From positions 2,790,001 to 2,854,000 of the forward strand of contig NC_135664.1 in assembly GCF_964188315.1 (NCBI RefSeq): a stretch of 64,000 nucleotides of DNA, in the 5' to 3' direction. Numbering within the stretch: position 1 is the first letter of the stretch; each line of letters begins with the position of its first letter. Shown piece after piece: positions 12,976 to 24,445 of the stretch. Below the pieces are notes generated by a model. It was not told the origin of the DNA. It made no database searches and worked only from the letters and a program-made list of their open reading frames with translations. The stretch comes from Podarcis muralis (taxonomy: Eukaryota). The translations under genes were made by a program, and so were the position numbers.

Positions 12976-15338
12976 GGAAATCAGCCCTGAGTGCTCACTG
13001 GAAGGACAGATCGTGATGTTGAGGGTCCAAGACTTTGGCCACCTCATGAGAAGAGAAGACTCCCTGGAAAAGACCCTGATGTTGGGAAAGATGGAGGGCA
13101 CAAGGAGAAGCGGCGACAGAGGACAAGATGGTTGGACACTGTTCTCGAAGCTACAAACATGAGCCTGACCAAACTGCGGGAGGCGGTGGAAGACAGGAGT
13201 GCCTGGCGTGCTCTGGTCCATGGGGTCATGAAGAGTCGGACACGACTAAACGACTAAACAACAATAGCATTATTATTTTTTGCTGCAGGTTAGCTGTGAG
13301 ATAAATAAACTACTGTTATATATTAAAGGCCAGATCCAAATTAAAGACATGGGGGCGGGGGCGGGAATAAGAACACAAGAGAATAATATATATGTTGCAC
13401 CAGCAAGCTAATACCATAAAGCTTCACGCCTGCCAGATATTCCTGTTCACCTCAGACGTTAAGTTGCTTCCATTATTACCATTGGCATACTGTATAAAAT
13501 CCCACCACATGACACAAAAATGCAAAGGCTGTGCCTTGCCCTGAATGCAAAGCTTTGTAGAAACAATAATCACCTAACATACAGGAACACTAAACCTAGG
13601 ATTTCTCTCTCACACAATTGCAAAACCAGACCAAGGAGCCCTTCTTCTGCTTCCTGGGGAAAGGGGAAGGAGGATCACTCACCTAGGAGCAGGAAGGCTG
13701 GGTGTGCAAGCCAACGCCCAGACAAGCTGGGAGCCTCAATGGCGCCCCTTGGAGGCTTCACCCAGGGCAAAAACCCTGGCTAGTCCTCTGCTCGCTATGG
13801 AAATAATTAATGCTGAAAATTAACGCTGAAGGCCTTGCATGTCCTTGACTGAGAGTTTCACTCCCCGCTCTTGATTTTTAAGGCATGCAGGATTATTAAT
13901 TTTTGCTCAAATATTCTTTATTTATATCACAATCTTCATCTTATACCAAATACCAGTTGTCTTCAGTCTTTATAAACCTAGGCTCCCCTGCTGCCACATT
14001 GGACTAAATATATCCACATTTCTTAGTTCTCTTCTCACTCCTTTATCTCCTTTTGCCCCTCTCACTCTTTCTTTCTTTCTCAACTTAAAGTTTCAAAACA
14101 GAAAATGGTAGCAACCTTCTTTTGCTGAGGGTGCAACCTCACAGGGATTAATGGTGACTGAACAAAGACTAGCCCCTCGTACCTGAACTAAACCAAACCA
14201 GTGCCCCAGCCAGGCCAATCCCGAAACTCTTAGAGGCAGTATTTCTCAAGGAAAGAGCTCTTCCAGCTTTACAATATATTATTCTTTAACTAGAAACAAA
14301 TGGAATAAAGTTTGAGGTGTCATTTCCATGATCAGCCATTGGGGATAGTGCCTATAACTTGTTGGCTCTCTTATGTTGTACCAGAGTTTTATCAAGTATG
14401 TGATCAATCAGGCTTCTGGAGCTTTCAGGATTCTGCAGCTGAATCTTATTTACATTTATGCAATCTCATTATCATTGTTGCTCAGTGTAAATCCATCCAT
14501 ATGATTTACGTTCTTGTAAAGAGAACAAAACAAAAATGTCAAGTGTGCAGCCCCCTCTAGGACTGCTGGGATTTTAAGGCCCCAGAATTCTATTTTACAA
14601 TGATTTGCAAGCATATGCCCCAGACCTGGAACAAAGGAGGACACAAGAGCATTGCATATGACAATGCATCATCTCACTTTTAAAGCAATAACACTGACAC
14701 AGATCAAGATGAATGGGAAGGAAGGTTCTGGGGGATAATTCCCAGGTGGGTCCTGTTACCTGAAACAATATTCACCAGCAGTTCATTTCAGTTGAATGGC
14801 CAGATGCTAATCTGAATATTAGCTTTCATGCTGATGGCAAAATGCTTAGTAATCTACTAATGACCTTAAGTGAAAATACACTTTGCATTCCCCTGTTGCT
14901 TCATACTGAATTTAGTGTTAGCTGCTGCTTAAAAATAAAAAATAAAAACGTACGTTTGCATACACAAAGGGATGAAGCAATATGGGCCCCTATTGTGTGT
15001 CCTTTTGCAAAAGAACACACAGAGACATCACAAGCAGGAACTGACAATGAAATATACTCAAGGTGACACAATGCAGGCAGAATGAGAATGGAGACTGGGA
15101 GAGAGAGAAAGGGGTTGTGGTTGAAAAAGCCCTAGGGTCCAGTGGCATCAGGTGGTGGGGGGGGGGCTGTAGACCTGTTAAAAGACCTGGTAATTGGGAG
15201 CCAGACCAGGAGATGTTCTGTTAATCCTTGTTCTTCCACAGCAGGGGGCCAGCTAAACTGAGAGCAGCTTCGCAGAGCTGGCTGACTCGCCTGCCACGCA
15301 ATAGCTGGTGATGGTGCTTTGGTCTCTTGGGTCCAATT

Positions 15339-15461
15339 TAGAACCATAGAGTTGGAAGGGATCCCCAAGGGTCATCTAGTCTGACACCCTGCAAGGCAGG
15401 GAATCTCAGCAAAAGCATCCCTGGCAGATGGTCATCCAACCTCTGCTTAAAAACCTCCAAG
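15339..15461 (-). mobile_element. CR1 LINE 3'-end fragment
   Basis: Reverse complement of the CR1 terminus (TAGAACCATAGAGTTGGAAGGG...CCAACCTCTGCTTAAA). Confidence 0.75.
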
Positions 15462-15602
15462 TACTGAGGGAGACTGTTTCAACTGAAGCGCAGGCAAAGC
15501 ATGGCTAGATCAGGAGCAGCACATGGGCTCCATGATTATTAAGAAGAGACACTTATAAGGATACAGATCTCTCCAGAGTATTAACTCTAAAAGGTTGGCA
15601 GA

Positions 15603-15706
15603 AGCTGGGACAGAGCTCACTCTGTGGCGCGGATTCGAACCACTGACCTTCCAATCAACAGGCCTAAGAGGCTCAGTGGCTTAGACCACAGCCCTACCCA
15701 TGTCCC
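15603..15706 (-). mobile_element. Diverged Sauria (Squam1-type) SINE 5' fragment
   Basis: Minus strand GGGACATGGGTAGGGCTGTGGTCTAAGCC...GGTTCGAATCC, homologous to the copy at 23265-23453. Confidence 0.7.
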
Positions 15707-15893
15707 AATGATTTGGCTGAAAGATCCTTGGGATGCAGTTACTCTTCTTGAGGACCTGGTGCTGAATTAGCCTCCCTTTTCCTCTGCTTGCACGTAAGTA
15801 AAATAAATATCACAATATAACATACATTTCCAGAGCACTCCTACAGAGGAAACTAAACCATGCAGTACTTACGGTACTTTCCCTTAAACATCT

Positions 15894-16010
15894 TAGAATC
15901 ATAGAATCATAGAGTTGGAATAGACCACAAGGGCCATCGAGTCCAACCCCCTGCCAAGCAGGAAACACCATCAGAGCTCTCCTGACATATGGTTGTCAAG
16001 CCTCTGCTTA
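15894..16010 (-). mobile_element. CR1 LINE 3'-end fragment
   Basis: TAGAATCATAGAATCATAGAGTTGGAATAGACC...; near-identical to the tail of the CR1 at 22601-23222. Confidence 0.88.
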
Positions 16011-17599
16011 CCACTTAGGAAAGCAGGAAATGCTTACCAAATATTTACTAAGTTCCTATTAGGTATATATAATTCTATATACACATTAATTGCAACATAA
16101 CACATCACATATGGCTCTCAGAGCAGAATAAATACTCATTGCTTGGACAGGCACAGGGCAGATGGGAACTAGAAAACAGCAAGCTCAATGGATATGAAAT
16201 CCCAATTTAGAGATGTTTTAGGACTATGGAACTTCAAAGGGTAGATGGAGCTCTCCTATTCCAAAAGGTCCATTAATATCAGTGGAAGAAGCAGAGCTCT
16301 GTGTGTACATTTCATTCATTGCACAGTTTTGGTCCCCCCCCCCCATTGAAATTAATATTTAAGCACCTGCATATGTGCCTCAAAGCACATGCAGGGCACC
16401 TGAGGCTCCTCTTCCCGCTGCCCAAAGTTGCCATTACAGCATGTGTGCTCCAATATGAACATTACAGCATGTGTGCTCCTTGTATGCTTATTTCATGGAT
16501 TGGGGCCTTCCTCTGAAGGCTCAGAAGTCAGTTACAAGGAGCAGCATACTTTTCCTGCAGTTATTCCTTTGAGCATTTCTGTTCCGCAAAGTCTTCCAGA
16601 GAAGGTAGGATAGCTGCTGTTTCTGCCACAGGACATGTGTGTGTGCTTGCTTTAACTGGTTTTGTGGTTGAACAATGAGTTTAAGTATTTGTTTTAATAG
16701 GGATGTCTCAACAGATTGCACACTTTCATGACATTTTATTGTTTGACTGACTGAATGGTGGAGAGCAAAGAATGATTCGACAAACCTGAGAGCTCCTTGG
16801 AAGGGGTGGAAGAGAGGTTAGCCATTGCCAGTCATTGTGCATGTGGTGCATCAGTCCTTAGACTAGGCATTTTGCCTGTGTCTGTGCTTATTTATACATA
16901 CCATTTGCTGATTACATTTGCACAAGAAAATATGAACTCACTGCAACACATCAGTAAAAGTAATAATAAATACATTTGGCATCAGTGATCACATGGAGCT
17001 GGTGTGCAGCAACTCCCTATCCAATTGGGCATATCATCTATGCAACATGAACAAGTTAAGCATCAGATCATCATCTTCCCTCAAATTGTTTGTCTTTCTA
17101 CAAAGTCTTCAGCTTAACACCTTAATTCTCATCCCCAAATGAAGAAAAGCCTCAGGACAGGTAAGTGCTTTGGTCCATTTGTTAACTCGCTCCTCTCCCC
17201 ACTGCTTAGTGCTCTTGCCCATGCCTATTGCCCCCTTGTCATCCCCCCCCCCATGGCAAAACTTAGATTGCAAGCTCGTTTGGCAGACACTTTTCATTTT
17301 CATTTTTCAAAATTCTGTGGGGCATAGTGCACACGAACAACAGTAAATGTGCAAATAATAAAGAAATAAAGAAATAAATCTCGTTGCCTGCAAGCCCTGT
17401 CTCAAGTGGTCAGTCTCACAGATTTCAAAAGAGGTAACAGAACTGACTCTGTATATTCCCTGCTGCTTCCTTGAAAGTTACAGGGCAAGCCTAGCAAGCG
17501 ACAGGCTCCATGTGGACGCTGGACCACACACTGTTTTCTGGATAATAGCAAAGAGGGTGAAGCAGAAAAAGTGACAGAGTACAAAACTCTGGAAAGCCA

Positions 17600-17870
17600 C
17601 TTGGAGGATGTGTGGAAGAAGTTGGGCTTCAATAGGGATTTGCCAAAGATCAAAATAGAGCAAGTGAAGCTGTTGCACAAAGGGGTGGCACCGGAGACGG
17701 GAAGAAGGGCATTATTTGATAGACAGGAGGAAAGGCCTGTGAAGGGAGGTGAGTTATGATATAGGGTTTGACACAAGAATGAGTAGAGCCTTGTAGGTAA
17801 GGATCAGAAGCCACTGTAGAAGATAGCAGGGGAAAGACTGCAACTGAAACATGAGAGGTGATAAAATCAC
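17600..17870 (-). mobile_element. Old, degenerate L2 RT C-terminal fragment
   Basis: Minus strand gives LQWL..ILTYKAL-like remnants corresponding to LHWLP..FKVLVLTFKVL in the young L2 copies. Confidence 0.5.
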
Positions 17871-18074
17871 TTGTAATACAAGCAAGTTATCGTTTTTTTA
17901 ACGTTTAAAAATATATACTTGAAGGAGTCTAGACTAGTTTCTGATCCCAAACACCTAGGAATAAATCTAGATTACCTCTTTTGATTGTCAGACATAATGA
18001 TCTCAGATAAAGTCTGGTTTAAACAAAAATGAAAAAGCCATGTATAGAAAGAGAGGGGGGGGAGATAGTAGATA

Positions 18075-18232
18075 AAATTTATATCCCACCCTTCCTCCCA
18101 AAGGAGCCCAGGGCAGCAAACAACAAGTGATAAAACAATTAAAACATCTTTAAAACATCTTAAAACAAATTCTAATGCAGATGCAGACTGGGAAAGAGCT
18201 AAACTTAAAAGGCTTCTTGAAATATACATCTC
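18075..18232 (-). mobile_element. L2-type 3' UTR fragment
   Basis: TTTATATCCCACCCTTCCTCCCAAAGGAGCCCAGGGCAGC...TAAAACA pattern typical of reversed squamate L2 tails. Confidence 0.45.
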
Positions 18233-18705
18233 AACATATCCAGGGGATTTTCCCTCTCTTTCTTTTAAGATCCAACAAGCCACAACATATTTCTCAATGC
18301 TAGAGGCAAGGATGAAGCAAGTTTACTAGATGTCTCAAGCACACACCCCCTCTCAATCAAATCAAACACATTTTGCATCAAAGGACACCTCTTTTAAGTC
18401 TCTTAAATAACCCTAAGCTTGAGAAAATCGCAGTTCACAGAAGTGAAAGAACGTAATAATAGTTCTATACTAACAGAGGAAAGCCACCACAATGCTATTT
18501 ATCTTGCAAAGCTGGCTGGATCTCAAATGGTTGTAACACTATCAGTGTAGCTTTCAATAAGGTTTGCTACTACAGTATATTAGAGTAATTTTTCCCAGTT
18601 GTGTATGCATCACTGAAATTAAACAATTGTACTCTGTAAAATTAATGCAAAGCATATCTTGCCTCCCCTTCACGCTCTGCTAGTTCACATATTTCTGCTG
18701 AAAGC

Positions 18706-18706
<1 letters not shown>

Positions 18707-18747
<41 letters not shown>
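18707..18747 (+). repeat. (CAA)n microsatellite
   Basis: Direct read. Confidence 0.95.
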
Positions 18748-18884
18748 CTATTTCTTCATAGACGTATACTGCTGGACACGCAGCTTGTCAAGGACTTTAA
18801 AAGGGTTCCTACTACATGCCAAATTCTGCTGCTTTTAAAATGATCAGCATATTACTTTGGAACTGAAAACCAGGCTTTACTTAC

Positions 18885-19033
18885 AAACACATCCATTAGC
18901 AGATGCTCCAACGTGGCTTCAATGTCTTCTAGCTTGGCAGCTAAAGTCATCATGAAGGCAACTGCTAGCTCAGATCCAGCAACCCGAAGAATCCCACCAA
19001 TTCGCAGTTGGTCCAGTGGACCAGCTCCCTGAA
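18885..19033 (-). CDS. Candidate coding exon of an unidentified host gene (QGAGPLDQLRIGGILRVAGSELAVAFMMTLAAKLEDIEATLEHLLMDVF)
   Basis: Donor TTT|GTAAGT; open frame of 49 codons with helical, protein-like composition and retained CpGs; acceptor uncertain (TGTGCAG| at 19033 or GGACAG| at 19044, both with modest pyrimidine tracts). Confidence 0.45.
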
Positions 19034-20099
19034 CTGCACACAGCCTGTCCGTTTACACAACAAGACTTTCCCTGTTCATCACCTAAACCTCGCAGTGTTG
19101 ACTGGAGGATGACTATTACTCCATCTAGAAGGGAAGGCACAAACTGGAGGCAAAGGCTACTGCCTTTCTCCTCAAATAACTGCACAGTCTGAGGAATTGC
19201 CTGGCATTTGGGAAACCACAACAGAGGGAGCTTTCGTGAGAGAAATCCTCATGCACACAGGGGCATTGGAGAGAGGAAGTACAATAAAGTGCCTTTAACT
19301 GTGACTGATATTTATAGGAGGACAAGATTTTTTTTTTACACCATTCCATTTCTCTGTTCATTTCTGACCTTTCAACAAATGGCTCAACACACTGGAGTCT
19401 ATTGAAATATAGGGGCAGCAGGTCTCTCAGAGGCTGCCTGTGACCAACGCCAGGCCAGTTCACACAGCCACCCCCATCAATAGCTCTTTGTCAAAGGCCT
19501 ATCAGACTCTGCACTGTCTGCTCTTGACAGAAGAGAGCACAGACATGAAAGAAACAGGGAACCAAAGTTGCGCTGGGACATTAATTTTTTCCTAGAAATA
19601 TTTTTAGCTCCTGTTGCTGCTTGAGAAAAAATAATGTAAAGGACAAAGTTAAAGGGGGGAAACTACATGGAGGGGTGGTGGTGGGGAAGTTGCCTCTTCC
19701 ACTTCTGCAACATCTAGTTCATATCCCAAATGTAATTTGAGTCTGTGCTTCTCCACGCTCAGTACCAAACATGTGGAGCAGGGAGCAAGGAAAGGCACAA
19801 TATAATGATGATGTGACGTTCTGATGTACTGCACATAATGATGTTCTGAGATGCTGTGGATCATCAACATGTTGAAGGGTCATCAACATGGGGCTACTAC
19901 TGTATTTGCGGGAGACCTGAAATCTTTAGAACATGCAATTTTCAAGCAACATGAAAGCAACATGATGAGTTTGGTAGAGAGAAGCATAACTTCAGGAAGT
20001 CAAGGTGGCATGAGCAGGCTGGGGCCAAGAACCACATTCAGATTCATGTTATTCTCACCAGCTATCTATGATTACTTGCTCAAGGTGCAGCCCCAACCG

Positions 20100-20100
<1 letters not shown>

Positions 20101-20146
<46 letters not shown>
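20101..20146 (+). repeat. (TG)23 microsatellite
   Basis: Direct read. Confidence 0.97.
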
Positions 20147-20148
<2 letters not shown>

Positions 20149-20855
20149 TGCCTTGAGATTTTCTGTGGAAAAAATACAGGCAGGATATAGACATAATAAA
20201 TAATAAATGCTTACGATATATATAAAAAATGGCAAGTGTGTTATTTCAGCCCGTATGTCAAATACAAAAGGTATACTTGACATGTAGTTCTTTTGCTCTG
20301 CAAGTCCCAAAGTACTTCACAACTTAAAGACAATTATATTGTGCCCTGTCTGACGTCCACGAAAATCAATTTGAGCTTTTCCACTTATATCAGTGGGGGA
20401 TTCACACTGTATTGCATCTGGAGGAAAAATAATGTGGGGAAATTTCTGGACTTGTTCCAACAGCCTGCACAGCACCAGGCTAGGAAGGAAAAAAACAGGA
20501 AAGGAACTCCTTATCCTCTGATACCCAGTTCATCACTTTTACCTGCCGAATGGTGCTGACTCCCGTATTTTATGTTTTTGCAGAATCTTGGGGTTGGGGT
20601 ATAGATCAGTGGTGGGGTGCATGCTTTGTATGCATAAATGTCCAATGTTAATCCCAAACATCTCCAGGTAAAATGACCTCAGGTAGATTATCAGGGGAAA
20701 GTCTCCAGCCATGGTGGCCGATGCCCGTTAGGTCGAAGGCAGAGAGACCAACAGTAGGTGGAGTCAGAGTCAATGACAGGCAGAGCCAACTAATTCTAGG
20801 ATTATCCCCAGCCTCTTCCTTGCTGAGTTCTACAAAGGACAACCCCGAGACTTAC

Positions 20856-20868
20856 AACCTTGGACTGG
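20856..20868 (-). CDS. Possible 13-nt microexon (CCAGTCCAAGGTT)
   Basis: Strong acceptor TCTTCTTTCTTACAG| and donor GTT|GTAAGT; splice signals only. Confidence 0.2.
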
Positions 20869-21031
20869 CTGTAAGAAAGAAGACATGAAGGTGGGGGCTG
20901 AGTGAGGGAAGAGTGAGGTTGGTGGGTCAGTGACCCATCTGCCTTAATGGATCAGCCTCCACTGGCTTCTACCCAAGCAAGGCACTGCCAGTTTGAGTAG
21001 ACAAAACTGGGTGAAATCAACCAAGGATCTT

Positions 21032-21065
21032 GGGGACAATCCATAGTTCAGTGGTAGAGTGGATG
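21032..21065 (+). mobile_element. tRNA-derived SINE head remnant (A box)
   Basis: GGGGACAATCCATAGTTCAGTGGTAGAGTGGATG resembles the SINE heads at 32535 and 36907; B box absent. Confidence 0.5.
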
Positions 21066-21288
21066 CTGTGAGAAGCAAAGTTACAGGGATCCAGGCAGAG
21101 GGCCTTCTCGGTAGTGGCACCCGCCCTGTGGAACTTCCTCCCATCAGATGTCAAGGAAATAAACTACTACCTGACTATTAGAAAATATCTGAAGGCAGCC
21201 TTGTTTAGGGAAGTTTTTAATGTTTGATGTTTTATTCTGTGTTTAATATTCTGTTGGAAGCCGCCCAGAGTGGGGGGGAGGCCCAGCC
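21066..21288 (+). mobile_element. L2 LINE 3' fragment
   Basis: Matches the 3' ~220 nt of the L2 copies at 9078, 41425 and 56193 (GGCAGAGGGCCTTCTCGGTAGTGGCACCCGCC...). Confidence 0.9.
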
Positions 21289-22600
21289 ATTTCAACAGAT
21301 CTAACCCACTCTATTTATTTGGCTTAAGAAGAACAACAATAAGGAAGCAACATAAGCCAATGAATTGGAACAGAAGTTGGACAAACAAATGCTCTGGGTG
21401 ATTATAAAGACAGGTAATCCTTGCAGTAGAGAGAGCTCAGTGGGATGTGAGGCTGTAAATTCTGTCTACATGTTCTTGATTGCAGTTGATATTGCCTTTT
21501 CAACCATCCACCACAGTTGGCAGTCAGGGAGCGATGGGTGACTTTTACTAGACAACAGTATGACAGTCCATTTAGAGCACGCAGTGATGGATTACTTCAA
21601 CAGTAATGAAGGGAGAACAAGACATTTCTCTGACAGACACGCTCATGGATAGTTCCTCATGTAAGGCAATAGATTAGCTTCTCCACACAAAAACCTTTTA
21701 GCACAGCAACAAACTTGAAGATTCACAGCCTATTCAGCCTTGAATGTGGAAGCAGGAATATCGCCACTAGGATGACCATTTAATTTCAAAAATTCTGATG
21801 CTCTAGAAGGACCCAGCAGCAGAGTAAAAACTTGTTAGGAGCCTAGCAGGGCAGAAATTGATGAGTGGTGGACGGAGCCTGGCAGTGGTTGCCAGCTATG
21901 GGCAGAATCAGAAAGAATTTGAAATTAACCAGCTTCTCAGACACCAGAACTGGCTATCTGATAAAGCACTGATTTGTTGTTACCCCTAATATGTATGGCA
22001 CTTTACAAAAAACCGTTGAGTTTTGGATTGAAGTAGTATCAGCTAAAGATGGTTGGCATATTGTGGCCCCAGCAATGGTGGTGAGCAGATGAAGTCTGTT
22101 TGCCACGACATCTACCAGTAAACAAATGGGAGCATGGGGAAAAGCTTTGTCTTAGGGTCAAACTAGACAAGATGCTGCGAGTTCCATGATAGGGTCTTCC
22201 ACACGTTTTTGTTTTTTTTAAAGCAACCAGGGACGAGAACGAGGCATCGGTAGAGGGATTGACTCTTTCTCTTACACCAAGGAGAGTGAAACCTGTGGTC
22301 CTCCAGTTTATATTGGACCCCCAACTCCCATAATCCTTGGCCACTGGCCTTAGACAATTCCCCCAACTTTAACAGACCCTCCAAAACTCCTATTTGTCCC
22401 ACTTACAACCCAGAGTCTAATTTGGCCTTCAATTTAGTCATTAGTCATCAGCCCAAAATTTTTTTACTCTACATTCCCACCACGTGATAGAAAGTGCCTT
22501 CCTTCTCTTTACATTTTCAACAATTATTTAATCCTATTCTATACATTTTTGCCCGTGTAATATACCATCTATACATCATTTTCATGTAATTCTCTTTCAA

Positions 22601-23222
22601 CAATATGCAAGCAGCAGCTAAAAAAGCCAATGCAATTCTGGGCTGCATCAATAGGAGTATAGCATCTAGATCAAGGGAAGTAATAGTGCCGCTGTATTCT
22701 GCTCTGGTCAGACCTCATCTGGAGTACTGTGTCCAGTTCTGGGCACCACAGTTCAAGAAGGACACTGACAAACTGGAACGTGTCCAGAGGAGGGCAACCA
22801 AAATGGTCAAAGGCCTGGAAACGATGCCTTATGAGGAACGGCTAAGGGAGCTGGGCATGTTTAGCCTGGAGAAGAGGAGGTTAAGGGGTGATATGATAGC
22901 CATGTTCAAATATATAAAAGGATGTCACATAGAGGAGGGAGAAAGGTTGTTTTCTGCTGCTCCAGAGAAGCGGACACGGAGCAATGGATCCAAACTACAA
23001 GAAAGAAGATTCCACCTAAACATTAGGAAGAACTTCCTGACAGTAAGAGCTGTTCAACAGTGGAATTTGCTGCCAAGGAGTGTGGTGGAGTCTACTTCTT
23101 TGGAGGTCTTTAAGCAGAGGCTTGACAACCATATGTCAGGAGTGCTCTGATGGTGTTTCCTGCTTGGCAGGGGGTTGGACTCGATGGCCCTTGTGGTCTA
23201 TTCCAACTCTATGATTCTATGA
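22601..23222 (+). mobile_element. CR1 LINE, 5'-truncated (RT C-terminus plus 3' UTR)
   Basis: ORF 22605-23150 ([37 protein letters not shown]) and tail TTCCAACTCTATGATTCTATGA. Confidence 0.95.
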
Positions 23223-23264
23223 ATCAGTGAATTTCAAATTCACTTTCCACAGTTTTCCCCAAAA

Positions 23265-23453
23265 CCGTTTACCTTCCCGCCAGAGCAGTACCTATTTATC
23301 TACTTGCACTTTGATGTGCTTTTGAACTGCTAGGTTGGCAGGAGCAGGGACTGAGCAACGGGAGCTCACCCCGTCACGGAGATTTGAACCACCGACCTTC
23401 TGATCGGCAGGCCCTAGGCTCTGTGGTTTAACCCACAGCACCACCCGCGTCCC
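23265..23453 (-). mobile_element. Sauria (Squam1-type) SINE, 5' half
   Basis: Minus strand GGGACGCGGGTGGTGCTGTGGGTTAAACCACAGAGCCTAGGG...GGTTCAAATC...GCAAGTAGATAAATAGGTAC, with tRNA-like A and B boxes. Confidence 0.88.
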
Positions 23454-24149
23454 GGCAAATAATATATTATACGCTTCCTTTAATAATTTGGCATTATCCT
23501 CTAAAATTTCCTTTTGGAATTTGGAGATTGTGTAGCTAAATCCTTTCTTATTATCTTCCTTGAAGACCTCATTTAATTGTCTATGATGCAGCCAACTCTG
23601 AACATGTTCCTTTAAGAGATATCTTCTAAGCAAACATACCCAACCCTGCATAAGCCAAAAGGAGACCACACACTAAAAGCATTGGACAGGATACCTAGAA
23701 CAGGTTTGCCTGAATGAACAGTGATAACAGTTAATGGCTAGTAGCTATCACCCAGTGGGCACCCATTGAGTGGAGGCTTGTAGAAACAAATTGAATATAT
23801 TTAGCAAGGAAAAATAGCTTTTGTTTTATTTGCCCTGGGCATGAAAGAAACCGGGGGGGGGTTGCTGGCAGTATTTGTTGGGGTTTTTATTTATTTACTT
23901 ATAAAAAAATAGACTGCACTTTCATAAGAATAAAGCAAAGAGGTACACAGCACACAACATTGCAATGGAATAATAAGAACACAAAAAGAGCAAAATGTTA
24001 CTTGCTCCTTCATACCCAGCTTGTAGATTTATATTACTTTAATTACTGTAATCCTTTAATGTGTGTTTTGCGATATATGTACTTCTATTGATTATTTTGT
24101 AAGCCTCCCTCAAATCTCAATGGATGATGTGTGGTTTAAAAATGCAGTA

Positions 24150-24170
24150 AGCAGCAGCAGCAGCAGCAGC
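24150..24170 (+). repeat. (AGC)7 microsatellite
   Basis: Direct read. Confidence 0.9.
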
Positions 24171-24421
24171 AATAAACTGTTCTCACAAAAGTACCTTGAG
24201 ATGGAAACTGGCGCTCCAAAGAGACGTCCCCAGAACTTTCCTTCACTCGGAGATACGCAAAGCAAAAGACACGGTTTCCACTCATGAATGGTTCGCATAC
24301 ATTTCATTTCTAACTGCCTGTGCATATACATTATTTAACACAAGAGAGCTAGATATAGGATCAAAGTTGCTTTTGTTATGCTTGTGAAATACTGTCTGGA
24401 ATAAGTCATATATTTGCTCAC

Positions 24422-24445
24422 CTGCAGATGGATTTTACTCTCTGG
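24422..24445 (-). CDS. Candidate 24-nt frame-preserving microexon (PESKIHLQ in phase 0)
   Basis: Acceptor TCTCATTTTTGTCTCTCTAG|, donor CAG|GTGAGC, length divisible by 3, embedded in TE-free sequence. Confidence 0.45.

Larger units (their letters stand above)
10150..13263 (+). mobile_element. Full-length, inactivated RTE-BovB LINE (~3.1 kb)
   Basis: 5' UTR, APE endonuclease (IGTWNVRTM, QVYAPTT, IGDWNAKVG, GSDH), RT (FIDYAKAFD, QGCILSP, LRYADD), 3' end ...CGACTAAACAACA; 11-bp TSD ATAGCATTATT at 10139-10149 and 13264-13274; internal stops, frameshifts and a deletion near 11970. Confidence 0.96.

Noticed and set aside
13683-13794. Minus-strand exon-like unit with a strong TAG|GTGAGT donor
   Set aside because: Stops in all three frames; the sequence looks repeat-derived.
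17571-17759. Plus-strand ORF MTEYKTLESHLEDVWKK... ending at a good AG|GTGAGT donor
   Set aside because: It is largely antisense to a degenerate L2 RT remnant, and its acceptor is weak.
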